From an uncultured bacterium (GTDB lineage Bacteria; Verrucomicrobiota; Verrucomicrobiia; CAIQCK01), in NCBI GenBank assembly GCA_903870275.1, contig CAIQCK010000101.1, positions 13,141-77,140 of the forward strand: DNA of 64,000 nt, given 5' to 3'. The notes beneath the pieces were generated by a model. That model had not been told where the DNA came from and made no database searches. It saw only the letters and a list, made by a program, of their open reading frames with translations. This document shows positions 10,412-18,211 of the stretch, one piece after another. The position numbers and the translations under genes are program-made. Positions within the stretch are counted from its first letter, which is position 1; every line of letters starts with the position of its first letter.

Positions 10412-11120
10412 TGCCTTGGGCGAAGTCTATGTTCTTTCCATTCCAGCCGCGCGATCTCAGCAGTGCGAAGCCCGGCGAATCCGCCCAGCGCCATCAACAG
10501 CAACTTGTCAGCATCCGCCGCCGCCAGCAACGCCGCTATTTCCTGCGGTGTGAAGATCTCAACCTCACCCGGCTTGACCTTGACGCGCGTGGAGGCATCG
10601 GCCGCGGTGTTGCGGTCGCGCGGCAGATAACCGCGGCTCTTCGCAAACGCGAACGTCGTTACCAGCGCGACCCGGACATTGTGACGCGAGCGCGTGCTGA
10701 AAGGTCAGGCTCGAAGATAATCATCAATCTCGGCAGTCGTGAGTTCGGATTGCCATGTTTTGAGTAGAAGTCCGCTGCTTCCAGTAGTGGGCGACCGCCG
10801 ATTCGTTGGCGGGCGGCAATATATTCCTGCACGGCAACGGCAAGCGACACGCCAAACGGTTTCAAGGATTCGACCACTGCAAGATGAACCTCGACTTCGG
10901 CCGCTGGCAATACGCCTGTGCCGGCGATTTGCGCGCCAATCTGCCGGGCCACATCTCTGGCACGCGCCGTCGCAGTTTTCAGGTCGCCGCGGAATGTTTC
11001 CCGGCAACGCCTATTGTTCAGATAGTAGCCAATAAGGTAGCTCGTGACATTTTTCGGGCTATGCGGAAGATTTTGACGCTGACACCAGACTGACGAATGA
11101 GCATGCCTTCCTTTCCGCAA
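10345..11120 (-). pseudogene. tyrosine recombinase (phage-type integrase) remnant, frameshifted and C-terminally truncated
   Basis: N-terminal SAM-like/core-binding domain in frame 10659..11120. Continuation ..KTWQSELTTAEIDDYLRA in a second frame (about 10705-10770). Catalytic-domain start ..LLLMALGGFAGLRTAEIARLEW.. in a third frame (10345..10530), which then runs into the 3' end of the 8192..10411 gene. Lies next to the 3' end of tRNA-Leu. Confidence 0.7.
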
Positions 11121-11207
11121 TCGCGAAAGGATTGGCTCATTTCACTCCGTCGAGTTGTCACGTTTCTGTCACGCGCCGACCGAATATGCATTTTCCCCAG
11201 GAAAAAG

Positions 11208-11291
11208 TGGTGCGGGCGACAGGACTTGAACCTGCAAGCCTCTCGGCGTCCCGCCCTAAACGGGATGCGTCTGCCATTCCGCCACGCCCGC
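11208..11291 (-). tRNA. tRNA-Leu (anticodon UAG)
   Basis: Reverse complement folds as a class II tRNA: acceptor GCGGGCG/CGCCCGC, D arm GCGG-AATGGCAGA-CGC, anticodon stem TCCCG/CGGGA with loop TTTAGGG (anticodon TAG), long variable arm, T arm GCAGG-TTCAAGT-CCTGT, encoded CCA. Confidence 0.85.
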
Positions 11292-11489
11292 GCCGCGCTT
11301 CGGAAACCGCAGAACCCCACTTCTAGCCTCATCCAGCCGGATGTTCAACGGTTTTGTTTCCCGGGTGTATTCCACGGCATCCGTGGAGGCGCATCAGACA
11401 ATGCCGCAAAACACTTGCCCGAAACGTGGCGGCAAGGCAATATGTCTGGCAACAGTTTGACAAAACAACTTAGGAGCTTGAAACACACA

Positions 11490-11951
11490 ATGGAAACAAC
11501 TGGGAGCAACTCGCAGTCCATCATCACAGCGGACGCGGAAGTCACGGGCAACATCAAAACCAGCGGCTCGCTTCTGATTGACGGCAAAGTCGAGGGCGAT
11601 GTCGCGTGCGGACACGATATCACGATGGGAAAGACCGGCTCAATCAAGGGCAACACGACGGTGAATTCCATCGTCGTTGAAGGCACCGTCGAAGGCAATA
11701 TCGTCGCCCACGAGCGCATCGAATTGAAAGCCTCCACGCGGATGACGGGCGACCTCAAAGCCAAGCGTCTCTCCGTAGAGGAAGGCGTGGCATTTTCCGG
11801 CAAGGCTGAGATCACGCCGAGCGGTGCGGGCGAAGCCTCCGCCGCCAAGAGCGAAAACCGGTCGGCGTCAACGGAATCGTCGCGATCCGCGACGACGGCC
11901 GCCGGCGCTGCCCGGCCGGATGTGCGTGGCAATCTGTTTGGCAAGCGCTAA
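11490..11951 (+). CDS. bactofilin family cytoskeletal protein
   Basis: DUF583/bactofilin beta-helix signature (..IDGKVEGDV.., ..GNTTVNSIVVEGTVEGNIVA..ELK..TGDLKAKRLSVEEG..) with a Ser/Ala-rich tail. AGGAG RBS 12 nt upstream of ATG 11490. The longer ORF from 11097 runs across the tRNA and is rejected. Confidence 0.8.
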   Translation: METTGSNSQSIITADAEVTGNIKTSGSLLIDGKVEGDVACGHDITMGKTGSIKGNTTVNSIVVEGTVEGNIVAHERIELKASTRMTGDLKAKRLSVEEGVAFSGKAEITPSGAGEASAAKSENRSASTESSRSATTAAGAARPDVRGNLFGKR

Positions 11952-11986
11952 GCGAGAGATGTTCCCACGCAGGGGTTTCTTGTGAG

Positions 11987-12048
11987 GATGGGCGCGCATA
12001 AGCGCGCCGCCCATCGCGGGTGGGTTGTGCCACCACAGTGCGTTTTTT
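11987..12048 (+). terminator. GC-rich hairpin plus downstream T-tract (probable terminator region after bactofilin gene)
   Basis: gatgggcgcgc-ataa-gcgcgccgcccatc hairpin (11987-12015) followed 27 nt later by TTTTTT (12043-12048). Spacing is non-canonical. Confidence 0.4.
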
Positions 12049-12303
12049 GGACTGGCCACGTCCGCTCTCATGAACTTGCATAGGTTGCCAACGAAGTCGC
12101 AAATCGTTTCCAGCCGCCCTGCATGACGACCGCGAGCGGGCCTCTTGTCAAACACATCGTTGTCGCGGAAGAATTTGGCGTGGACTCGCAAACAAATTGA
12201 GTCTGCTGGTCACGACGTTGTACGCAGCGGTCTGCGTTTGGGCTTCTCAAACAAAACGATATCGCCATAATACAGCGTCGGAAAGTTAACCCAAGGACAC
12301 AAC

Positions 12304-12684
12304 ATGGAAATGCACAAGATCATTCATGATTTGGGATCCGGTATTTTCCTGGGCCTCGGCGTTGCGGCGGCTCTCCTCGGCGTCGTCTTCGTCATCCACT
12401 GGTTCCTGCTGCCTTTTGGGGTTTTTGGCATCAGAGACCGGCTTGACCGTGTGCTGATCCAACTCGCGGAATTGCAGCGCCAACTCGAAAAAATGGAAAA
12501 TGTTTCCGGTCTGTCGGGAGCGGAGTCGAAACACGCGCCTCGCAATGCCGCAAACCCCGGCGGGAGTCGGAGAGAGGCGAAATGTCCGCACTGCAACCAA
12601 CTCTTTGAAATCAAAGATGTTCCCCTTGGCACTCCGCAACAATGCTCCCACTGCCATAAGCCGATCTATAACTTTGAAACGTAA
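12304..12684 (+). CDS. small membrane protein with C-terminal zinc-ribbon (CPHC...CSHC)
   Basis: One N-terminal TM helix, a coiled segment and CxxC-x17-CxxC at the C-terminus. AAGGA RBS upstream. Confidence 0.55.
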   Translation: MEMHKIIHDLGSGIFLGLGVAAALLGVVFVIHWFLLPFGVFGIRDRLDRVLIQLAELQRQLEKMENVSGLSGAESKHAPRNAANPGGSRREAKCPHCNQLFEIKDVPLGTPQQCSHCHKPIYNFET

Positions 12685-12828
12685 TTCCCGATGGCGGGCG
12701 TTTCTCGCGCTCCAAGTTTCGGCGGCGCTTCTTCACGCGCGCGGTTTGACTTTCCGCCACGCCGTGCTTGTTTAGAGGGCGGAATTTGAAAAGCGAGCGA
12801 CAACATTCCAAAGAGAGAGGACACGACC

Positions 12829-13323
12829 ATGGCAATTCAAGTGGGTGACAAGGCGCCGGACTTCAATCTGACCACCAAGACGGCGGAGGGCCCGAAAAAA
12901 GTCAGGCTCAGCGATAATGCAGGCAAGAAGAGCAGCGTGCTGTTGTTCTTCCCGATGGCGTTCACCGGCGTCTGCACCAAGGAAATGTGCGACGTCAGCC
13001 AGGGGTTGAACGCCTTCACCGGTCTCAACGCCGTCGTCTATGGCATCAGCGGCGACAATCCCTTTGCGCAGGAGGCGTGGGCGCAGAAAGAGAAAATCCA
13101 GGTGCCGTTGCTGGCGGATTACGATCACGCCGTCGCTCGTGCCTACGGCATCGCTTACGAGAGTTTTTTGGCCGAAAAAAATCTGGGCCAGTCCGGCGTG
13201 CCCAAGCGCAGCGCGTTCGTCGTGGACAAGACGGGCACCGTCCGATACGCTTGGTTTAGCGACAATCCCGGCACTCTTCCCAACTTCGAGGAGATCAAGG
13301 CCGCGCTGGGCAAATTGCAGTGA
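12829..13323 (+). CDS. peroxiredoxin (AhpC/TSA family, AhpE/Prx-type)
   Basis: Thioredoxin fold with peroxidatic-Cys motif PMAFTGVCTKE. Conserved W..S..D and R regions. 164 aa. Confidence 0.85.
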   Translation: MAIQVGDKAPDFNLTTKTAEGPKKVRLSDNAGKKSSVLLFFPMAFTGVCTKEMCDVSQGLNAFTGLNAVVYGISGDNPFAQEAWAQKEKIQVPLLADYDHAVARAYGIAYESFLAEKNLGQSGVPKRSAFVVDKTGTVRYAWFSDNPGTLPNFEEIKAALGKLQ

Positions 13324-13410
13324 CGCACGATCGCAAGAGCGTGGAAATGAAACTCGTGCTATTGTAGACGGGGTAGCGCGTGGCGCAGAGCGGACCGGGT
13401 TTCATCCGCG

Positions 13411-14073
13411 GTGGCCGACCCCGAGCGAATGGCGTATATGGCGAAAACAATCAAAGCAGAACGTTTGAGTAAACCCACCAGGGACGTTCTCCCTGTGCTG
13501 GTGGTGATCGTGGACAAAAACCTGGCCATCAGGGAACTCAATGGCGCGGCCCGGCAATTCCTCGGTCCGCAATATAAAAAGGCGCTTCACAAGCGCAATG
13601 GAGAGGCGTTTGCGTGTATACACAGCCACGATGCTCCGGCAGGGTGCGGACACGGCAGGTTTTGCAGCATATGCCCCATACGCGAGGCAGCGACCCTCGC
13701 ATGGCAGGAGCAACGGGTGGTGCGCCGTCGCACGAAGGCGCAAATCGGAAGCGACGAGCAACGCCGTGACGTCAATTTGTTGGTGACTGCCACTCCGCTG
13801 CCGTCGCAAAAATCAGCCCGCATCCTTTTGATGCTGGAGGATGTCACCGCGCTGGCGGCTCTGCAAACCTCAGCGCCCGTGTGCGCTTCGTGCAAGCGCA
13901 TCCGCGATGACCGCGCCTACTGGGAACAATTGTGCGCTCATCTCAACGAACAGTTGGACCTGGATTTGACCGACGGGGTTTGCACCAAGTGCCGGCAGCA
14001 ACTCTACCGGGGCCTCAAGGAAAGCCAGCCCTTGTTCTTCAAAGAACCGGCGGGCTTGTCCAGACACCGCTGA
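13411..14073 (+). CDS. PAS-like sensory-domain protein with Cys-rich C-terminal motif
   Basis: N-terminal part looks PAS-like (..VLVVIVDKNLAIRELNGAARQFLG..). Two Cys clusters (CIHSHDAPAGCGHGRFCSICP; CASCKRIRDDRAYWEQLCAHL...CTKCRQQL). The true start may be 13438 (MAKTIK). Confidence 0.5.
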   Translation: MADPERMAYMAKTIKAERLSKPTRDVLPVLVVIVDKNLAIRELNGAARQFLGPQYKKALHKRNGEAFACIHSHDAPAGCGHGRFCSICPIREAATLAWQEQRVVRRRTKAQIGSDEQRRDVNLLVTATPLPSQKSARILLMLEDVTALAALQTSAPVCASCKRIRDDRAYWEQLCAHLNEQLDLDLTDGVCTKCRQQLYRGLKESQPLFFKEPAGLSRHR

Positions 14074-14134
14074 TCCCAACGAGTGAAATGAGCCGTCCGA
14101 CGCAGCGTTGACGGCGCGGGAAAACGGCTGGGCT

Positions 14135-15241
14135 TCACCATCGGCTCTTCAGCATCTTGTCGAAAACCCCCAGGATTTCCTCGCGGTTGCGTTCCTCATC
14201 GTCAAGTTGCCGCCGAAAGAAATCATAACCGCATCGAGTCTTGGCACCGGCGAGATCATCTCGGCTGGCCGTGCGCAACAAGGCCGGCAGACTCTGTCCA
14301 CCGCCCGAGGCGGTGCGCGAGCCGGGACGCAGGCTCCGATTTACATAAAAAGCGCTCAGCGCACCCCGGATCGCCGCCGAATCGTAGCTGTGCGTCGGGC
14401 GACCGTGCCTGCCCAGGTCGTTGAGCAGGTCCACAAACTCCGCCGTGGTTTTCTTGACCCGTTCCAGGTCGTCGGCCTCGGCATAAAACCGTTTCCAGTC
14501 AATGGTCTGCCACTTTTGCACACTGTCCAACCGGAAGCCAAAGCGGCGGATCTTCTCTTGGCGGGGGCCCGTCTTTTTCACCATCGCATAGGTCGCCACG
14601 CCGAGAACCTTGCCGCTTTGCACGTGGATGATCGGGCTGCCGCTGTTGCCCGGCACGAACGGCGCATCCACCTCTACCAGATTCGGCCCGATGCCGATCA
14701 GTTTGCCTTCCAACAGATTCACGACCCCCGCGCCTTCCGCGTTGCCAAGCACCACGACGGCGTCGCCGATTTCGGCCTCCTTCTCCACGGACGCCACCGG
14801 CGGGATGGACACGCCGCCTTCGACCACCGCGAGCGCAACCAAATCGTGTCCCATCGCCACCAACGGAGTGCCGACCTGCACCGGCGTGCTATCGAGCAGT
14901 TTGAACGTGGCGGCTTTGATGGCGGCTACCACGTGGGCGTTGGTAATCAGATACTTCCGGCCCCGGATGTCCGTAATAAAACCGCTGCCCTTTCCGGCCT
15001 TGCCCTCGAAGAAAACCAGACCGCTGCGGTAATTGCGCACCAGCGCCGCCGCCTTGTCATCGTCCGACGCGCGCGCCGTGCCGTAAAAGACAAGACCACA
15101 AGCGAGAGCGGCGATGACAGCCCACGCTTTGAAAGCACAGCAACTCCGGGAAGAAAAAAAACCTCGTGCGTCGTGACCGGAGCCTTCCGTCCACGCCTGC
15201 TTCCTGTTCTGTTGTGCCATCAAGTTCAAACCGGGCGGCAA
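14135..15241 (-). CDS. trypsin-like serine peptidase (S1/S1C family)
   Basis: Catalytic triad contexts TNAHVV (His), D in LVAL, and GNSGSP (Ser). N-terminal hydrophobic segment. Preferred over the overlapping plus-strand ORF 14108..15373, which has no motifs. Confidence 0.75.
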   Translation of the reverse strand: MPPGLNLMAQQNRKQAWTEGSGHDARGFFSSRSCCAFKAWAVIAALACGLVFYGTARASDDDKAAALVRNYRSGLVFFEGKAGKGSGFITDIRGRKYLITNAHVVAAIKAATFKLLDSTPVQVGTPLVAMGHDLVALAVVEGGVSIPPVASVEKEAEIGDAVVVLGNAEGAGVVNLLEGKLIGIGPNLVEVDAPFVPGNSGSPIIHVQSGKVLGVATYAMVKKTGPRQEKIRRFGFRLDSVQKWQTIDWKRFYAEADDLERVKKTTAEFVDLLNDLGRHGRPTHSYDSAAIRGALSAFYVNRSLRPGSRTASGGGQSLPALLRTASRDDLAGAKTRCGYDFFRRQLDDEERNREEILGVFDKMLKSRW

Positions 15242-15331
15242 TTTAATGGCCGCCGCGCCCCCGCAACAGCAAAATCATCCGGGCCGGCACGGTGCAACGT
15301 CGTAACGCGCGCCGCCATCGCGGAAAAAAAA

Positions 15332-15408
15332 TGGTGGGCGCGCTCGGATTCGAACCGAGGACCCAGTGATTAAGAGTCACTTGCTCTAGCCAGCTGAGCT
15401 ACGCGCCC
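15332..15408 (-). tRNA. tRNA-Lys (anticodon CUU)
   Basis: Reverse complement GGGCGCGTAGCTCAGCTGGCTAGAGCAAGTGACTCTTAATCACTGGGTCCTCGGTTCGAATCCGAGCGCGCCCACCA gives a canonical cloverleaf with anticodon loop CTCTTAA (CTT) and encoded CCA. A T8 run follows immediately 3'. Confidence 0.9.
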
Positions 15409-15426
15409 ACTCGAAAAGTGCGCAGA

Positions 15427-15484
15427 CCCTACCGATGTCGCCATGGCCTGTCAATACTCTACTCGATGGTACTCTACTCGATGG
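15427..15484 (-). promoter_or_regulatory. putative sigma70-type promoter of tRNA-Lys with upstream tandem 15-bp repeats
   Basis: On the minus strand: TTGACA (15450-15455) -17 nt- TAGGGT (15427-15432), about 18 nt before the tRNA 5' end. Immediately upstream are two perfect tandem copies of tactctactcgatgg (15455-15484). Confidence 0.4.
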
Positions 15485-15622
15485 CAAAATGCTGGCGACA
15501 AATCCCCCTTCTCCACCCGTCACGTCGCCTTCGCGGGCGGCCTGCGCACGCTCTTGACGCAGCCTGCCAATCCGCCCAAACTGGCGTGCCAGAAGGAAAC
15601 CAACCTTAACAGGCGATTCATC

Positions 15623-16024
15623 ATGAGCACTCTGGATCCGATTCAAATCCTCAATATCCTCTGGGGACTCCGCCAGGAAATTGACGCGTTGGAGAACGAT
15701 ACAAGGAGCGAAGTGGTCTCCGGCGCGCAAGTGGAGCAGAACGTCACGTCCCGCATGATCATCCCGCTCGACGCGCGCCTGAGCAAACTCTCGCTGATTT
15801 GCCGCGCCATGTGGTCGCTCATGCAGCAAAACCTGGGCGTGACCGAAGAAGATTTGCTGAAGCGCATCACCGAGATTGATGGCATGGACGGCCGGATCGA
15901 CGGCAGGGTGACCAAACCGGCGCTCCAGTGTCCCAAGTGCAAGAGCGTGGTTTGCCGCCAGTTCAATCGCTGCTTGTTTTGCGGCTACGAACCGCCCGAC
16001 CGCGACCCTTTCGATGAAGTCTGA
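15623..16024 (+). CDS. small hypothetical protein with C-terminal zinc ribbon (CPKC...CLFC)
   Basis: 133-aa ORF from ATG 15623; the ORF extends back to 15443 across the tRNA promoter region. Helical N-terminus plus CxxC-x11-CxxC. Confidence 0.5.
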   Translation: MSTLDPIQILNILWGLRQEIDALENDTRSEVVSGAQVEQNVTSRMIIPLDARLSKLSLICRAMWSLMQQNLGVTEEDLLKRITEIDGMDGRIDGRVTKPALQCPKCKSVVCRQFNRCLFCGYEPPDRDPFDEV

Positions 16025-16038
16025 CGCAGGCTGGGAAC

Positions 16039-16073
16039 GCGCTGCGGTCGAGACAGCAGCGCGCTGATTTTTT
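16039..16073 (+). terminator. putative bidirectional intrinsic terminator
   Basis: gcgctgc-ggtcgagaca-gcagcgc hairpin followed by gctgaTTTTTT. Lies between the convergent 15623..16024 and rsfS genes. Confidence 0.45.
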
Positions 16074-16081
16074 ACTGCCGG

Positions 16082-16432
16082 CTACACCCGCTTCGCGTCG
16101 CCCCACAACCGCTCCAGCGCGTAGTGATGACGCACGTCGGCGCGAAAGACGTGGACGACGACGTCGCCGTAATCCACCACGACCCAGTGGCTGGAGTAAA
16201 CGCCGTCGCGACCGCGCGGCATGCGGCCATGCTCCTTGAGCCGCATCTCGACACTGCCGGCAATGGCTTTCAGATGCGGCTCGGAGGTGCCGTTGCAGAT
16301 GAGGAAAAAGTCGCAGAAGGAGGAGATGCCGCGCATGTCGAGCAGCACGATCTCGTCGGCCTTTTTTTCCAGCGCGGCCTCGCGGCACAGGCTGGCCAGT
16401 TCGGGGGAATCCAGGGGGGTGTTGTTGTCCAT
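16082..16432 (-). CDS. rsfS: ribosomal silencing factor RsfS (Iojap family)
   Basis: 116 aa. Conserved Iojap core ..DIVLLDMRG..FCDFFLICNG.S..H. Overlaps the stop of the upstream nadD, the typical nadD-rsfS arrangement. Confidence 0.85.
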   Translation of the reverse strand: MDNNTPLDSPELASLCREAALEKKADEIVLLDMRGISSFCDFFLICNGTSEPHLKAIAGSVEMRLKEHGRMPRGRDGVYSSHWVVVDYGDVVVHVFRADVRHHYALERLWGDAKRV

Positions 16433-17007
16433 CAGCTGTAAAGTCCGGTTTTCTCAATATACCGCCGCACGGCATCCGGCACAAGGTAGCGGACCGACGC
16501 GCCGCGCGCGAGCCGGTCGCGGATGTCTGACGACGAGATGTCGGCAGGATGGCCGGGCAATCGGTGAACACGCACACCCCGGAGCCGCGTGCGGGCCGGC
16601 CGTTCGCCGGGCCGCGCGACGCAAATAAACTCGCAGAGCCGTGCCAGTTCCGAAGCCTCGCGCCACGTGTGCAGTTCGTTCAGGCTGTCGGTGCCGATGA
16701 GAAAATAAAACTTCGCGCGTGGCATGGCGTGGAGCAGTTGGCGCAACGTCTCCACCGAATACGACGGCCCGCCCCGCCGCATCTCCATGTCGGAGCAGCC
16801 GAAACGCGGATTGCCGTGAATGGCGAGTTTGACCATCCGCAGCCGGTGTCGCGCCTCGGCCAGCACAGGGGGCCGTTTGTGCGGCGGCGTGGCGGCGGGA
16901 ATGAAGATGACCCGATCCAGTTCGAGCGCTTCCGCCGCGGCGTCGGCAATGAGCAGGTGCCCCATGTGAATGGGGTTGAACGTGCCGCCGAAGATGCCGA
17001 GTTTCAT
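16432..17007 (-). CDS. nadD: nicotinate-nucleotide adenylyltransferase NadD
   Basis: GIFGGTFNPIHMGHL (HxGH nucleotidyltransferase motif) and C-terminal ISSSDIR motif. Start taken at MKLGIFGG (17007); the ORF extends to 17028. Confidence 0.85.
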   Translation of the reverse strand: MKLGIFGGTFNPIHMGHLLIADAAAEALELDRVIFIPAATPPHKRPPVLAEARHRLRMVKLAIHGNPRFGCSDMEMRRGGPSYSVETLRQLLHAMPRAKFYFLIGTDSLNELHTWREASELARLCEFICVARPGERPARTRLRGVRVHRLPGHPADISSSDIRDRLARGASVRYLVPDAVRRYIEKTGLYS

Positions 17008-17030
17008 CGTGTCGCTATCAGTCGCCACTA

Positions 17031-17119
17031 GTCAGTGTACAGTGGTTAGTGGACAGTGACCAGTGTTCAGTTTGCAGGAATCCGTTCGTTCACTGCCCAC
17101 TGTTCACTGTCCACTGATC
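17031..17119. repeat. inverted heptamer-period repeat pair: (NNCAGTG)x6 -13 nt- (CACTGNN)x4
   Basis: Left arm 17031-17083: seven 7-nt units (gtcgcca ctagtca gtgtaca gtggtta gtggaca gtgacca gtgttca) plus partial gtttg. Right arm 17096-17119: gttcact gcccact gttcact gtccact. The arms are imperfect reverse complements (gtggacagtgaccagtg / cactgttcactgtccac). Lies between the nadD start and the tRNA-Tyr 3' end. Confidence 0.7.
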
Positions 17120-17135
17120 CCTATTCACAAAAAAA

Positions 17136-17220
17136 TGGTGGAGGGAGAAGGATTTGAACCTTCGAAGGCATAGCCACCTGATTTACAGTCAGGCCCATTT
17201 GGCCGCTTTGGTATCCCTCC
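17136..17220 (-). tRNA. tRNA-Tyr (anticodon GUA)
   Basis: Reverse complement GGAGGGATACCAAAGCGGCCAAATGGGCCTGACTGTAAATCAGG...TTCGAAGGTTCAAATCCTTCTCCCTCCACCA. Anticodon loop CTGTAAA (GTA), long variable arm, encoded CCA. A T7 run follows immediately 3'. Confidence 0.9.
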
Positions 17221-17303
17221 ACTCTCAAAAAACGTGGCGCGCAACGTACCAGACCCCAATATCGGAGTCAAGGCATGCGCGGACGGGTTGTTGGGAAATC
17301 CGC

Positions 17304-18092
17304 TCATCGCGCCGGCAGTTCGCGAATCTTGAGATTGCGGAACCAGACGCCGCCGCCGTGGTCCTGCAAGAGGATCGGCGTCTTGATTTTGTCGGCGAAC
17401 CCGGGCACGTCCTTGAACTTGCTCTCGGCAATGCCCGCCGCCGACTCGGCGCTGTCGGTCTCATACTCGACCACCTTCGCGCCGTTGAGCCAGTGCTCGA
17501 CATGCTTGCCTTGGATCACAATGCGCGACTGGTTGAATTCGCCCAGCGGTTTCAGCACGGCGCCCTTCGGCGCGATGACCACATACCACGACGCCGTCAT
17601 GGACTTCGGCCCCTCTTTCTTGGCCCACGCCGCGTCGTCGAGCATCTGATACTCGTGAGCGATGGCGCTCTTGTAAACCTTGCCCTTCTTGTCGGCGCGC
17701 TTCTCGTCCACAAAATACTTCACACCGCTGTTGGCGCCGGCCGAAAGCTTCCACTCCCACGAGAACTCGAAATTATCAAATAGCTTCGTTGTGATGATGT
17801 CGCCGCCGCCGGTGGCCTTGGGCTTCTCGCCGGGCGCGGGCGCGGCAGGTTTCTCACAGTTGAGACAGCCGTCCTCGACCACCCAGCCGTGCGCGGGAAA
17901 CGCCTCCTTCTGGAAACCGCGCCAGCCGGTCGTGCCCTTGCCGTCGAACAACAGTCGCCAACCGGCCTCCTTCTCCGCTGCCGTCAGCTCATTGCATCCG
18001 GCCTCGGCGCCCGTCGCCCACGCGACCGCCGCCGCGCCGATGCCGCACATCATCCACATCCTGCTCATCAAATTCATTTTCGCTCTCCTCAT
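17304..18092 (-). CDS. DUF1080 (3-keto-disaccharide hydrolase-like, ConA-like fold) secreted protein
   Basis: Signal peptide MNLMSRMWMMCGIGAAAVA. Characteristic DUF1080 motifs W..L.DG...GWRG..., ..NSGVKY.. and DHGG.VWFRN..I. ATG taken at 18092; the ORF extends to 18170. Confidence 0.75.
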   Translation of the reverse strand: MRRAKMNLMSRMWMMCGIGAAAVAWATGAEAGCNELTAAEKEAGWRLLFDGKGTTGWRGFQKEAFPAHGWVVEDGCLNCEKPAAPAPGEKPKATGGGDIITTKLFDNFEFSWEWKLSAGANSGVKYFVDEKRADKKGKVYKSAIAHEYQMLDDAAWAKKEGPKSMTASWYVVIAPKGAVLKPLGEFNQSRIVIQGKHVEHWLNGAKVVEYETDSAESAAGIAESKFKDVPGFADKIKTPILLQDHGGGVWFRNLKIRELPAR

Positions 18093-18211
18093 TGCGCCCT
18101 CTTCGCTAAAGCATTCGCCACCGAACGTCCAGCGGATTTTGCGGTTGCGCCGGCGGCGCGCTGGCACCAACTGCGGACGCGTCGCGATTACCCGGGAACG
18201 TTTTTGCCGAA

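Noticed and set aside
10174-10767. 197-aa plus-strand ORF across the integrase remnant region
   Set aside because: Arg/Gly-rich with no motifs. The minus strand carries recognisable, though frameshifted, integrase segments.
11097-11951. Long 284-aa plus-strand ORF beginning at 11097 that runs across the tRNA-Leu gene into the bactofilin gene
   Set aside because: The first about 130 codons overlap a tRNA and have non-coding-like composition. The bactofilin domain begins at ATG 11490, which has a good AGGAG RBS.
12043-12048. Canonical rho-independent terminator after the bactofilin gene
   Set aside because: The strong GC hairpin (11987-12015) and the T-tract are separated by 27 nt, so it is not a textbook intrinsic terminator. 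Kept as a low-confidence terminator-region feature only.
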